In this document: positions 35,925 to 45,213 of the stretch, one piece after another | Numbering within the stretch: the stretch's first letter is position 1 | How the letters are laid out: every line of letters begins with the position of its first letter | Assembly (NCBI GenBank): GCA_947488905.1 | Contig: CANLBJ010000005.1 | Coordinates: forward strand, 112,397-176,396 | Direction: 5' to 3' | Length of the DNA stretch: 64,000 nucleotides | Source: Ulvibacter algarum | Lineage (GTDB): Bacteria; Bacteroidota; Bacteroidia; Flavobacteriales; Flavobacteriaceae | The notes under the pieces: generated by a model | What the model saw: the letters and a program-made list of their open reading frames with translations, nothing else | What the model was told of the DNA's origin: nothing | Databases searched by the model: none | Translations under genes and position numbers: made by a program

Positions 35925-36659
35925 TTATTTATAACGTTTACTTATGGTATATAAATCTTGCCACATTTTAAAAAAGTATAACATACTTACTCGCGAGTCG
36001 TCTACATCTACCCAAGATTTTAGTGGGATTTCTCTACAAACTGTTTTCATAGCTTTATGAGAATACATTTTTATCAAACGATGAAAAAGCTCGACATCAA
36101 ACAACCATTTTGAGATAAATTTTTCTTTAAATAATTCTTGAGCTATGCTAACAGAAAAAGCTTTACAACCACATTGACTATCATATATACTAATGTCTAG
36201 TTGACTAGAAATCATGGTAGCTATAACACGACCTATCAAGAAGCGATATTTTTTACGGTCTATGTGATTATCTATTTTTAATATACGAGAACCAAAAGCA
36301 CAAATCACGTCGTCTTTTATGTTTTCTGAAATTGTAACATATTCTTCTAGGCTAGAAGATAAGTCTGCATCGAGATAGCCTATAGTTTTAAAATCTTTAA
36401 AATTTCCGAAGCAAAAAATAATAGCTTCTCTCACGGCTTGCGCTTTACCGCTGTTTTTCTCTAGGTTGTAAATAAATACTTGATCTGGATGTGCTTGCTG
36501 TAATTTTTTTAAAACAGACATCGTATCATCTGTAGAACCATCGTTAGAAAACACAATCTGTGAGTCGTTGTTTTGCGCAAGAAAAGTGCGGTATGATTCT
36601 AACGGAAGTCTTGTAGCTTCGTTATAACAAGGAATGACGATGATGTTTTTTAAGTGCAC
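35925..36659 (-). CDS. glycosyltransferase family 2 (polyprenol-phosphate glycosyltransferase-like)
   Basis: ORF track (GTG start). IVIPCYNE and DADL motifs are present. It abuts the GT39 gene with no gap. Confidence 0.75.
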   Translation of the reverse strand: MHLKNIIVIPCYNEATRLPLESYRTFLAQNNDSQIVFSNDGSTDDTMSVLKKLQQAHPDQVFIYNLEKNSGKAQAVREAIIFCFGNFKDFKTIGYLDADLSSSLEEYVTISENIKDDVICAFGSRILKIDNHIDRKKYRFLIGRVIATMISSQLDISIYDSQCGCKAFSVSIAQELFKEKFISKWLFDVELFHRLIKMYSHKAMKTVCREIPLKSWVDVDDSRVSMLYFFKMWQDLYTISKRYK

Positions 36660-37093
36660 TTGTTTATATTATTATATATAATTTAATAAATACAAAGTAC
36701 TTAAAATTATTAATGACTACAGAAGATTATGCACGTAATTTGTTCAATAGGCTCATATAATTTTAAACACAGCGGTTACCAGGTTTATTATAACATTGAA
36801 ACCTTATTTATTAAAAATTAAGATAAGTGCAGAGTAAGTAATTGTGTGGTGCAGTTAGAAACCAAACTGCTATAAATAACAAGCGACTCCCTATGAAAGG
36901 AGCCGCTCTAACCAAATAAATTAATCATTATAAATAACAACTAATTGCTGTAATTGCTTTTTTGTAAAAGCATATGTCTTTATAGTAATACTATGATGCA
37001 AAGATACTAGTATATATAGGTCTTGTAGTCCTAACAAAACGTTAATCTGTGTTTTTTGTCGAAAACAGAAGTATGGCTTATTTGAAATTGGAC

Positions 37094-37125
37094 TTAAAAA
37101 AAGAGCGATTAATTAAAATCGCTCT
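37094..37125 (-). terminator. intrinsic terminator after the LRR gene
   Basis: AGAGCGATT / AATCGCTCT stem. An A-run on the plus strand gives a U-run in the minus-sense RNA. Confidence 0.7.
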
Positions 37126-37151
37126 TCAATACTACTATATAATTTGTTTAA

Positions 37152-37859
37152 TTACTCGTCATCACTTGTCTCAATGGCTAATACAGTTTTGTTTATAAAA
37201 GTTCTTGGAGTTTTAAATCTTGTGTTTTCATTATCAACTTTAAAAACACGAGTCTCTGCTATAGCGTTTGTGATAATGATTTCATTTTCTGCAACCACTA
37301 ATTTTTTTAGGTTTTTAGATTCTGTAAGACCGTAAGGCAATGTACCTGTAATACTATTGTCAAATATATTAAATGTCTCAAGATTGTTTAATGATCCTAA
37401 AGAGGCAGGTATTGTTCCAGATAATGAATTACTACTTAGGTGTAATTCTTCAAGATTTTTTAGATTACCAAGATCTGCAGGGATTGTTCCTGTTATTTGA
37501 TTACTGTTTATTGCTAAGCTCTTTAGGCTTTTTAAGTTTCCTAATGAAGAAGGTAATGAACCATCAATTTGATTAAAAGATAATTCTAAATTTTCTAAAT
37601 GTACTAGAGAAGAGATAGATGCAGGTAATTCACCTTTAAGGTTGTTAAACATTAAATTAATTGCAATCACCTTATCATCACTAATTGTAACACCGTGCCA
37701 ATCTTTAACAGGAGTATTTACATCCCAGTTAGTGTTCCAGTTTATTCCATCTGTAGAAGCATATAAATCTAATAAAGCTGCTTTTTCATTTTTGCTTACT
37801 TGAGCAAAAGAGAAAGATGTGATAAGTATTAAGGCTAGTAGAGTAGTGTATTTCTTCAT
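37152..37859 (-). CDS. secreted leucine-rich repeat protein, plant-specific-type LRRs
   Basis: Uses the ORF-track frame, with the start moved to the ATG at 37859 (MKKYTTLLALILITSFSFAQ). It has a cap-like NWxxxxxxxxWxGVT segment and 24-residue repeats LxxLxxLxLxxNxLSGTIPxxLGx. Confidence 0.75.
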   Translation of the reverse strand: MKKYTTLLALILITSFSFAQVSKNEKAALLDLYASTDGINWNTNWDVNTPVKDWHGVTISDDKVIAINLMFNNLKGELPASISSLVHLENLELSFNQIDGSLPSSLGNLKSLKSLAINSNQITGTIPADLGNLKNLEELHLSSNSLSGTIPASLGSLNNLETFNIFDNSITGTLPYGLTESKNLKKLVVAENEIIITNAIAETRVFKVDNENTRFKTPRTFINKTVLAIETSDDE

Positions 37860-37917
37860 AATTAATAAGTTTATTCTTACTTTATGATGCAAATTAACAC
37901 CTTATTTAGGTGTTTTG

Positions 37918-37925
37918 CAAATTTA
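37918..37925 (-). promoter_or_regulatory. candidate -7 box TAAATTTG (minus sense)
   Basis: The plus strand reads CAAATTTA, 59 nt upstream of the ATG at 37859. Confidence 0.35.
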
Positions 37926-37954
37926 ATCGATGAAATACACGGTAAAATGCATTT

Positions 37955-38593
37955 TTAATCCGATAAACTGTTTATGTAATTCTTGTTAACCTCGTGAACC
38001 CCTTTAAATACAATAGATTCAAGTTTTTCTCCAAATAAGTTAGTGCCTTTTAATTGTTCTTCGGTTTTTCTAGCCTCTGTGATATAAGGATCTTTATCAC
38101 CATATAAGTAAGTAACTTGAGTGTTTTTATCCATATAATCAAAATCAACTTTTTTAAGTTCTACAGGTATCCCACCACTATGCAGAACTAAATGGTAGCA
38201 CTGTATTTTACGAGATGCTACCCATCTTGTAGCTATAGATACACCTTGAGAATACCCTAAAATTATTAGTTTTTTTGGGGTTGTTGTTACTTCTTTATTA
38301 AAAACAGCATCTATGTAATTAAGTACATTTATGGTTTCTGTTTCTGTATCAACTTTAGTCAACCAAGAGGCACCTACGTGTTTAAAATTTGTTCCTTGAT
38401 AATATTTAGAGGGTGCTTGTGGGCATATTACAAAATTAGATGCCGGTAGCTCAGAGAAATAGCGTAAAAAGTACTTGCTTAAGTATCCTAATCCGTGAAA
38501 AACAAGCCAAACCGTTTCAGTATTTTCGGTTAATTCTCCTTGAGTGTGATAGCTGTTAATTGTTGAATAAGATATGTTCTTTTTATGGGTCAT
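37955..38593 (-). CDS. alpha/beta hydrolase (carboxylesterase-like)
   Basis: ORF track. GYSQGVS nucleophile elbow. Confidence 0.7.
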   Translation of the reverse strand: MTHKKNISYSTINSYHTQGELTENTETVWLVFHGLGYLSKYFLRYFSELPASNFVICPQAPSKYYQGTNFKHVGASWLTKVDTETETINVLNYIDAVFNKEVTTTPKKLIILGYSQGVSIATRWVASRKIQCYHLVLHSGGIPVELKKVDFDYMDKNTQVTYLYGDKDPYITEARKTEEQLKGTNLFGEKLESIVFKGVHEVNKNYINSLSD

Positions 38594-38608
38594 TGTTGTG
38601 CTTATTTG

Positions 38609-38616
38609 TATTTTTG
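38609..38616 (+). promoter_or_regulatory. candidate -7 box TATTTTTG
   Basis: Exact match to TAnnTTTG, 28 nt upstream of the ATG at 38644. Confidence 0.45.
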
Positions 38617-38643
38617 TAAAGGTATTAATTTGAAGGTCACCGT

Positions 38644-39063
38644 ATGGAACAATCTAAAGAAGCACTTTTAAAAGCGTGTAACGCAATGTGTAAAAACACA
38701 CTGATGGAAACGCTAGCGATAGAGTTTGTTGACATTACAGAAAATACAGTGACTGCAAAAATGCCTGTTACACCTCGTGTTCATCAACCAGATGGCGTTT
38801 TACATGGCGGTGCATCTGTAGCCTTAGCAGAGAGTGTAGGTAGTGCTGCCTCTTTTATTTTTTTAAAAGAAGAAAATATACAAGTTAGAGGTATAGAGAT
38901 TGCAGCAAACCATGTTAAGAGTATAAAAGAAGGCTTTGTGTATGCAACCGCTACCATATTACATAAAGGACGAACCACACAACTTTGGCATATCCCCGTT
39001 ACAAATGAGAATAATGAATTAATCTCACTTGTAAAGCTAACAACTATTTGTTTACGTAAATAA
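38644..39063 (+). CDS. hotdog-fold PaaI-family thioesterase, probably 1,4-dihydroxy-2-naphthoyl-CoA hydrolase
   Basis: ORF track. The HQPDGVLHGGASVALAES motif is present. The pathway role is inferred from its position directly upstream of menF-menD. Confidence 0.65.
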   Translation: MEQSKEALLKACNAMCKNTLMETLAIEFVDITENTVTAKMPVTPRVHQPDGVLHGGASVALAESVGSAASFIFLKEENIQVRGIEIAANHVKSIKEGFVYATATILHKGRTTQLWHIPVTNENNELISLVKLTTICLRK

Positions 39064-39089
39064 CTTTATAAGAAGGATATCAACCATAT

Positions 39090-40160
39090 ATGAATTACAA
39101 TAAATTGATTATTAAAGCAAAAGAATGGTTTAATAACGAGAAACCATTTGTGCTTTTTTCATTTCCAGATAGCAAAGAGATATTTGCTTATTTTCAGAAT
39201 ACATCAGACACATTTACCACTGCCACCTATGAAGATCAAGGTTTTGTGATGGCACCTTTTGATTATAAAAAAACGGCACTATTAATTCCAGAAGCACATT
39301 CAGATTTTTATAGCGCCATGATAACAGATGTGACTGATCACCCTGATGAAGAAGTCGTTATCCCAGAAGAAAACCAAGGAAAAAACACTCATCTAGACAT
39401 TGTTGGTAAGGCAATAAAAGAAATAGAATTGGGTAAGTTAAAAAAGGTAGTTCTCTCAAGGAGCAAAAAAGTGGCGCTTAGTTTATTTGATTTACAGACT
39501 TTAGCAGATCAATTATTTACAAAAAACTACAATGGTTTTAAATACCTATGGTATCATCCAGAAACAGCATTGTGGTGTGGGACCACTCCAGAGACTCTTG
39601 TTCATTTAAAAGAATCTACTTTTAAAACTATATCATTAGCTGGGACAAAAAAGGTTGAAGAAATTAAAACTTCTTTTTGGTCACCAAAAGAAATAGAAGA
39701 ACAAGCAATTGTAACTAGTTCTATTTTTGATTCACTACAAAACATTACTCCGGTTCTAAGAATATCAAAGCCTTATACTTATAACGCGGGTACGTTAGTT
39801 CACTTAAAAACAGATATTACAGGTGTTGTAAAAAAGAGATTTTCTAAAGTAGATAAATTTGTAAATGCGTTACACCCTACACCAGCAGTATGCGGTAGTC
39901 CCTTTAAGCTAGCCAAAGAGTTTATACAAAACTTTGAAAACTATAATAGAGAGTTTTACTCTGGCTTTTTAGGTCAAATTAATTGTCCTGAATGTGGTAC
40001 AAACTTGTTTGTAAACTTGAGGTCTATGAAAATAGAGAATGCAACTGCTACTATATTTGTAGGTGGTGGTATTGTAGACAAGTCTAACCCATTAAAAGAA
40101 TGGCAAGAAACTCAAAATAAATTACAGACCATGCTTAAGGTAGTTGCACCTATGCTTTAA
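39090..40160 (+). CDS. menF: isochorismate synthase
   Basis: ORF track. Chorismate-binding C-terminal motifs are present (ALHPTPAVCG, REFYSGFLG, RSM..E). The menaquinone context supports the call. Confidence 0.8.
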   Translation: MNYNKLIIKAKEWFNNEKPFVLFSFPDSKEIFAYFQNTSDTFTTATYEDQGFVMAPFDYKKTALLIPEAHSDFYSAMITDVTDHPDEEVVIPEENQGKNTHLDIVGKAIKEIELGKLKKVVLSRSKKVALSLFDLQTLADQLFTKNYNGFKYLWYHPETALWCGTTPETLVHLKESTFKTISLAGTKKVEEIKTSFWSPKEIEEQAIVTSSIFDSLQNITPVLRISKPYTYNAGTLVHLKTDITGVVKKRFSKVDKFVNALHPTPAVCGSPFKLAKEFIQNFENYNREFYSGFLGQINCPECGTNLFVNLRSMKIENATATIFVGGGIVDKSNPLKEWQETQNKLQTMLKVVAPML

Positions 40161-40191
40161 AATGTGATTGCTTAAACGTATTTTTGCATTC

Positions 40192-41871
40192 ATGCATTTT
40201 TCTTCAAAAATACTATCTCAAACTATCACGCAACTATGTCTTGCAAAAGAGATTACAAATATTGTAATCTCACCAGGATCACGTAATGCCCCCTTAACTA
40301 TAAGCTTTACAGAAGACAATAGGTTTACTAATTATAGTATAATAGATGAGCGTTGTGCGGCATTCTTTGCATTAGGTATGGCACAACAAACGGGAAAACC
40401 TGTAGCGCTAGTTTGTACATCTGGCTCGGCTTTACTCAATTATTATCCTGCCATCGCAGAAGCTTTTTACAGTGATATTCCTCTTGTCGTTCTAAGTGCA
40501 GATAGACCAGAACAACTACAAGAAATAGGAGATGGGCAGACCATTAACCAGCAAAACGTATATGCAAATCATATACTCTATAGCGCAAATTGTATAGAAG
40601 GAGCAGAGCAGCAGCAACACAATGAGACAGAGATTAACATAGCGCTCAATACAGCGATTGAGCTTTCTGGCCCAGTACATATTAACCTTCCTTTTTCTGA
40701 ACCCCTCTATGATCTTGTAGATGATTTACAAGTAAGACCGCAACACGTGCCGGCAAGAAGAACAACAGGAGTGAGTGGTACAATTACTCCTGAAATTTTA
40801 AAACTAAAGGAGCTTTGGGCTACCTCAAAAAAAACACTTATTCTAGTTGGCGTGCATAAACCTAATATGATTTCTTCGGAAATAATAGACAGGTTAGCGC
40901 AACTAGACAATGTGGTTATAATGACCGAAACCACATCTAATATTTATCACCCAAATGCTATAAATGCAATAGATCAACTTATTGCACCTTTTTCTGAAGA
41001 AGACTTTAAAGCCCTACAGCCAGATTTGCTTATCACGCTAGGCGGTATGGTGGTGAGTAAAAAAATAAAAGGCTTTTTACGCACCCACCAGCCAACAGAA
41101 CATTATCATATAAACCCTAAAAAAGCGTATGATACTTATTTTTCTTTAACAGGTCATATTAAAACAAATGCTCAGTATGTTTTTGAGCAATTGCTGCAAG
41201 TAGATGTGTCTGTTACTTCAGTTTATAAAAAAACCATTCTAGCAATTAAAGCTATTAGAGATGAAAAACACATTCCTTATCTAGCAGACACTCCGTATTC
41301 AGATTTTAAAGTATACGAGCAGATTTTTAATTATTTGCCTAAAAACTACCTGTTACAATTAAGTAATAGTACAGCGATACGGTATGCACAATTATTTAAA
41401 CTGGATAGTAGTATAGATGTTTTCTGTAATAGGGGTACAAGTGGTATAGATGGTAGTACAAGTACAGCAATAGGTGCTGCTGTACAATCAAATAAGCCGG
41501 TACTGTTTATTACTGGAGATCTTAGTTTCTTTTATGACAGCAATGCCTTATGGAACAATTACATTCCTAAAAACTTTAAAATCATTATCGTTAATAATAG
41601 CGGTGGTGGTATTTTTAGGATTTTACCTAAGGCAAAGACCATGACTCATTTTGAGCCCTTTTTTGAAACACGCCATCAATTAACGAGCGAGCATCTAGCC
41701 AAGCAGTATAATTGCAACTACACCAAGGCAACAGACTTAAATAGTCTGCAACAGAAATTGCATGAATTTTTTAATATTTCCGAAGCAGAAAAACCTAGTA
41801 TACTTGAAGTATTTACGCCACCAGAAATAAATGATCAAGTGCTTCTTGATTATTTTAAAACGCTACAATAG
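40192..41871 (+). CDS. menD: 2-succinyl-5-enolpyruvyl-6-hydroxy-3-cyclohexene-1-carboxylate synthase
   Basis: Uses the ORF-track frame. ThDP-enzyme motifs are present (ISPGSRNAPL, GTSGIDG, GDLSFFYDSNAL). The start is moved from the TTG at 40168 to the ATG at 40192. Confidence 0.85.
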   Translation: MHFSSKILSQTITQLCLAKEITNIVISPGSRNAPLTISFTEDNRFTNYSIIDERCAAFFALGMAQQTGKPVALVCTSGSALLNYYPAIAEAFYSDIPLVVLSADRPEQLQEIGDGQTINQQNVYANHILYSANCIEGAEQQQHNETEINIALNTAIELSGPVHINLPFSEPLYDLVDDLQVRPQHVPARRTTGVSGTITPEILKLKELWATSKKTLILVGVHKPNMISSEIIDRLAQLDNVVIMTETTSNIYHPNAINAIDQLIAPFSEEDFKALQPDLLITLGGMVVSKKIKGFLRTHQPTEHYHINPKKAYDTYFSLTGHIKTNAQYVFEQLLQVDVSVTSVYKKTILAIKAIRDEKHIPYLADTPYSDFKVYEQIFNYLPKNYLLQLSNSTAIRYAQLFKLDSSIDVFCNRGTSGIDGSTSTAIGAAVQSNKPVLFITGDLSFFYDSNALWNNYIPKNFKIIIVNNSGGGIFRILPKAKTMTHFEPFFETRHQLTSEHLAKQYNCNYTKATDLNSLQQKLHEFFNISEAEKPSILEVFTPPEINDQVLLDYFKTLQ

Positions 41872-41886
41872 AGCGTGTATAAATTG

Positions 41887-41894
41887 TACCTTTG
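41887..41894 (+). promoter_or_regulatory. candidate -7 box TACCTTTG
   Basis: Exact match to TAnnTTTG, 18 nt upstream of the ATG at 41912. Confidence 0.45.
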
Positions 41895-41911
41895 CACCAT
41901 ATTATTAAGTT

Positions 41912-42751
41912 ATGATTAAAATAGGAGAATACAACACGTTAACCATTTTGCGTGATACAGAGCCAGGTTTATTCTTGGGTGATGAAGAAGAAAATGTAGT
42001 GTTATTACCACACAGATATAAGCCAGCAACATTTGAGATAGGTGATGAGCTAACCGTTTTTGTTTATTTAGATTATGAGGAGCGCCCAGTTGCTACAAAC
42101 TTGACGCCTTATGTTCATTTAAATGATTTTGGATACTTGCATTGTAGTGATGTAAATGAGTTTGGTGCCTTTATGGACTGGGGATTGCAAAAGCAGTTGT
42201 TTGTGCCGTTTAAAGAGCAGGCGCGTGCTATGAAGGTAGGTAACTGGTACATTGTCTATTTATATATGGATGAGCAAACTAATCGTTTAGTAGGTTCAAG
42301 TAAGACAAACAAACATTTAAATAATGATGATGTAACCTTAGAGAAATATGAAGAGGTGTCATTGCTAGTTACTCATATTACTGAGCTTGGTGCAAATGTG
42401 ATTATAGAAGGAAAATACAGTGGTCTTATTCACAATGATGATATTTTTGAAGATATACGTACAGGAGATCGTATTAAAGGATATGTAAAAAAAGTACGCG
42501 AGGATAAAAAGGTAGATGTAGTATTACAAGCGCCGGGTTATAGAAGTATAGAACCTAATGCAAACTTTATACTAGATGAGCTTAAAGCTGCAGGAGGATT
42601 TTTACCACTTCACGATAAAAGCGACCCAGACACGATTAAAAACGAAATGGGAATGAGTAAGAAAAGCTTTAAAAGAGCAATAGGTACTTTATACCGAGAG
42701 AAACAAATTGTGATTAAACCAGACGGTATTGCCGTTATTGGTGATGAATAA
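41912..42751 (+). CDS. S1-like domain RNA-binding protein (CvfB/YitL family)
   Basis: ORF track. The MIKIGEYNTLTILRDTEPGLFLGD start and the length of about 280 aa are typical of this family. Confidence 0.75.
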   Translation: MIKIGEYNTLTILRDTEPGLFLGDEEENVVLLPHRYKPATFEIGDELTVFVYLDYEERPVATNLTPYVHLNDFGYLHCSDVNEFGAFMDWGLQKQLFVPFKEQARAMKVGNWYIVYLYMDEQTNRLVGSSKTNKHLNNDDVTLEKYEEVSLLVTHITELGANVIIEGKYSGLIHNDDIFEDIRTGDRIKGYVKKVREDKKVDVVLQAPGYRSIEPNANFILDELKAAGGFLPLHDKSDPDTIKNEMGMSKKSFKRAIGTLYREKQIVIKPDGIAVIGDE

Positions 42752-42786
42752 AAAATAAGTTATGGTCTATATATATGAGACCAAAA

Positions 42787-42840
42787 AAAGGTGCAAAACT
42801 TAGATTGGGATAATCTTTGTTTTTGCACCTTTTTGTTTTT
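42787..42840. terminator. bidirectional hairpin terminator between convergent genes
   Basis: AAAGGTGCAAAA ... TTTTGCACCTTT, flanked by an A-run on the left and a T-run on the right. Confidence 0.65.
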
Positions 42841-42877
42841 ATTGAATATGTCTATAATAGATATTTATTATTCTGTT

Positions 42878-43390
42878 TTATAAACTAAGATTTTTTACTT
42901 GTCTTTTTTCTATTTCAGCAATCAAAACATTGACAAGCAATAATAGCGTCCCCACTACTACAGATACATCTGCCATATTAAAAATGCCAGTATGAAGACT
43001 GCCTATTTCTACATACATAAAATCTGTTACAGAGTTGTATAGAATTCGGTCATAAATATTACCTATACCACCACCTATTACAAATGAAAATGCGATTATA
43101 TTTAATCTAGACATTTTCTTTTCTTTAATGATATAAACAAATAGCAATAGAAGCACTAATAGCGGTATACCCTGCAAGAAAACAACTTTTAATTGTGGGC
43201 TTAAATTTTCACCCAGACTTAATGCAGCACCTGTGTTTTCTACTTTTGTGAGTATAAAATTGTCGTCTATGACGTTGATAATTTCGTTAGTTTCTATTTC
43301 GTTTCTCGCTTTGTCTTTCGTGATTTGATCACAACTTATGTTGCTACAAATTATGATAAGAGAGAATAGTATTTTGATGAGTTTGTTCAT
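42878..43390 (-). CDS. signal peptidase II (LspA) family protein
   Basis: ORF track. NTGAALS and GGGIGNIYDR..FNMADVSVVVG motifs are present. Confidence 0.75.
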   Translation of the reverse strand: MNKLIKILFSLIIICSNISCDQITKDKARNEIETNEIINVIDDNFILTKVENTGAALSLGENLSPQLKVVFLQGIPLLVLLLLFVYIIKEKKMSRLNIIAFSFVIGGGIGNIYDRILYNSVTDFMYVEIGSLHTGIFNMADVSVVVGTLLLLVNVLIAEIEKRQVKNLSL

Positions 43391-43429
43391 TTTAATGCTA
43401 GTATTTAATTAACTATATCTGCGTTTTTT

Positions 43430-44740
43430 TTATTTAATAACCTTCTTTTTAGAGTATTTCCAAGCACCAAATGCTAATATAACATAGAGGAGTATTATCA
43501 CTAACATTTGTTCCCATTTTGTAGTAAACTCATAGTATAAGATAAGTATCCCTCCAATACTTAAACCAATAATAGATATTAATGTAAGAAGTTTTGAAGA
43601 GTTAGTTTTGTCTCTTATTTTATAGTTTGCGACAGCCATTAATAGAGAGACAAGTAAAAAGGTAATACTACCAAATTCAAGTATAAGTTCAAGTCCGCCA
43701 ATTAAAATTAAAAGACTTGCCATTACGGCCATTCCTATAATTGCATTTTGTGGACTATTATTTTTTCTAACGGACAACCACTTTGGAAAATAACCATCTG
43801 TTGCAATAACAGACATCTGTCTTGATGAGCCAAATACAGTACCGCTTATAGCACTACTAGTTGCTAATATTGCGCCAAGGATTACAAGGTTGGTTCCTAA
43901 ACTACCAAGAACATTTCCGGCTCCTGCTGCTAATGCGTATTCCTTATTTTTAATTATTTCTTCTGTGGGTATCGCAAATAAGGCTCCCATTGAGATTACT
44001 ACGTAAATTAATATAGCCAATGTGATTGCGCTATAAATTGCTCTCGGAATATTTTTTTCTGGATTTGTCATTTCATTTACTGCGTTTATAACCAGTTGAA
44101 AACCTTCATAAGATACAAAGGTTAGAGAAGCTACAATTAAGATAGAAAAAACACTTGAATTTTCTAAATCTAAAGCCATATTCTCAATAAAAGAACCGAA
44201 GTCTGAGGTTCCGTGGTTCATTAAGACAATTGAAATAATAGTTAAAACAATAAGCTTCGTGTAAACCATTAAATCTTCTAATTTCCCCATTCCATTAACA
44301 CTCCAAATATTTATCAAAGTGAAAACTCCAATAATACCTATTGCTATACTTTTTCTAATCCAAACATTATCTGCAAAATCAGTACTACTAATGGCATAGG
44401 ATGAAAATGTATAGGCATATAATGCTAAGGTGCTTATGTAGCCAAAAATGATAAACCAGCCTATCGCAGAGGCTGAGAAATTTGAGTTTGGGTAGGTTCT
44501 TTTAAAGAATGAATAAGTTGCTCCTTCGTCTTTGTAGTAAACTCCTAATTTTACATAAGAGTATGCTGCTAAAGAGGCTATGAGACCACCAATTATTATT
44601 GCAATAGGTGTTAAGTTTCCAATTAATGAAACAGAAATGCCTAAAACAGTAAAAATCCCACCACCAACCATTCCGCCTAGTGCAATCGCAATTAATTCTG
44701 CTAAGCCTAGGTTCTTATTTCTCTTTCTATGTTGTGTCAT
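43430..44740 (-). CDS. APC superfamily amino acid permease
   Basis: ORF track. It has about 12 TM helices and an N-terminus typical of the amino-acid/polyamine/organocation family (LGLAELIAIALGGMVGGGIF). Confidence 0.8.
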   Translation of the reverse strand: MTQHRKRNKNLGLAELIAIALGGMVGGGIFTVLGISVSLIGNLTPIAIIIGGLIASLAAYSYVKLGVYYKDEGATYSFFKRTYPNSNFSASAIGWFIIFGYISTLALYAYTFSSYAISSTDFADNVWIRKSIAIGIIGVFTLINIWSVNGMGKLEDLMVYTKLIVLTIISIVLMNHGTSDFGSFIENMALDLENSSVFSILIVASLTFVSYEGFQLVINAVNEMTNPEKNIPRAIYSAITLAILIYVVISMGALFAIPTEEIIKNKEYALAAGAGNVLGSLGTNLVILGAILATSSAISGTVFGSSRQMSVIATDGYFPKWLSVRKNNSPQNAIIGMAVMASLLILIGGLELILEFGSITFLLVSLLMAVANYKIRDKTNSSKLLTLISIIGLSIGGILILYYEFTTKWEQMLVIILLYVILAFGAWKYSKKKVIK

Positions 44741-45158
44741 TTTTTTAAATTGAGCTTAATATTATTGTGTAAGATTAGTTACGTATTTTAAACATTAAAG
44801 TTAGTGAATAAATCACAGAAAAACTCTGTTAAGAGTTTGATAAGTAGTAAAGAACCCAGCCAGTTTCTTTATTTATTTAAGAGGTGAAAAGTTGAGGTTA
44901 AATACTAGATTATGTAGTGATTAACTCGAAAACATTAAGGTGGGTTTAACCTAAAATTATAATTTCTACTTGCAAGAACTTTACAAATCTGAATTAAAAA
45001 CTAATAATTTTATTTTTATAATTATCTAGTGCTACTGGTAGCAAATCATTATGTGGCGCAGTGAAGTAATTGGCTATAACCCTGATATATCTTAAATACA
45101 GTAGGCTATCATCACAAAAGGTTTTTTTATTTCTTAATGTTACTACATATAATTTAAT

Positions 45159-45187
45159 CAAAAAACCCCAACCAAAAGGCCGGGGTT
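45159..45187 (-). terminator. intrinsic terminator downstream of 45214..46665
   Basis: The minus-sense RNA reads AACCCCGGCC-UUUU-GGUUGGGGUU followed by a U-run. The stem closes only in the minus-sense RNA, through G-U pairs. Confidence 0.7.
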
Positions 45188-45213
45188 CAATATTTAAAAT
45201 TTCTGAAGTTAAT

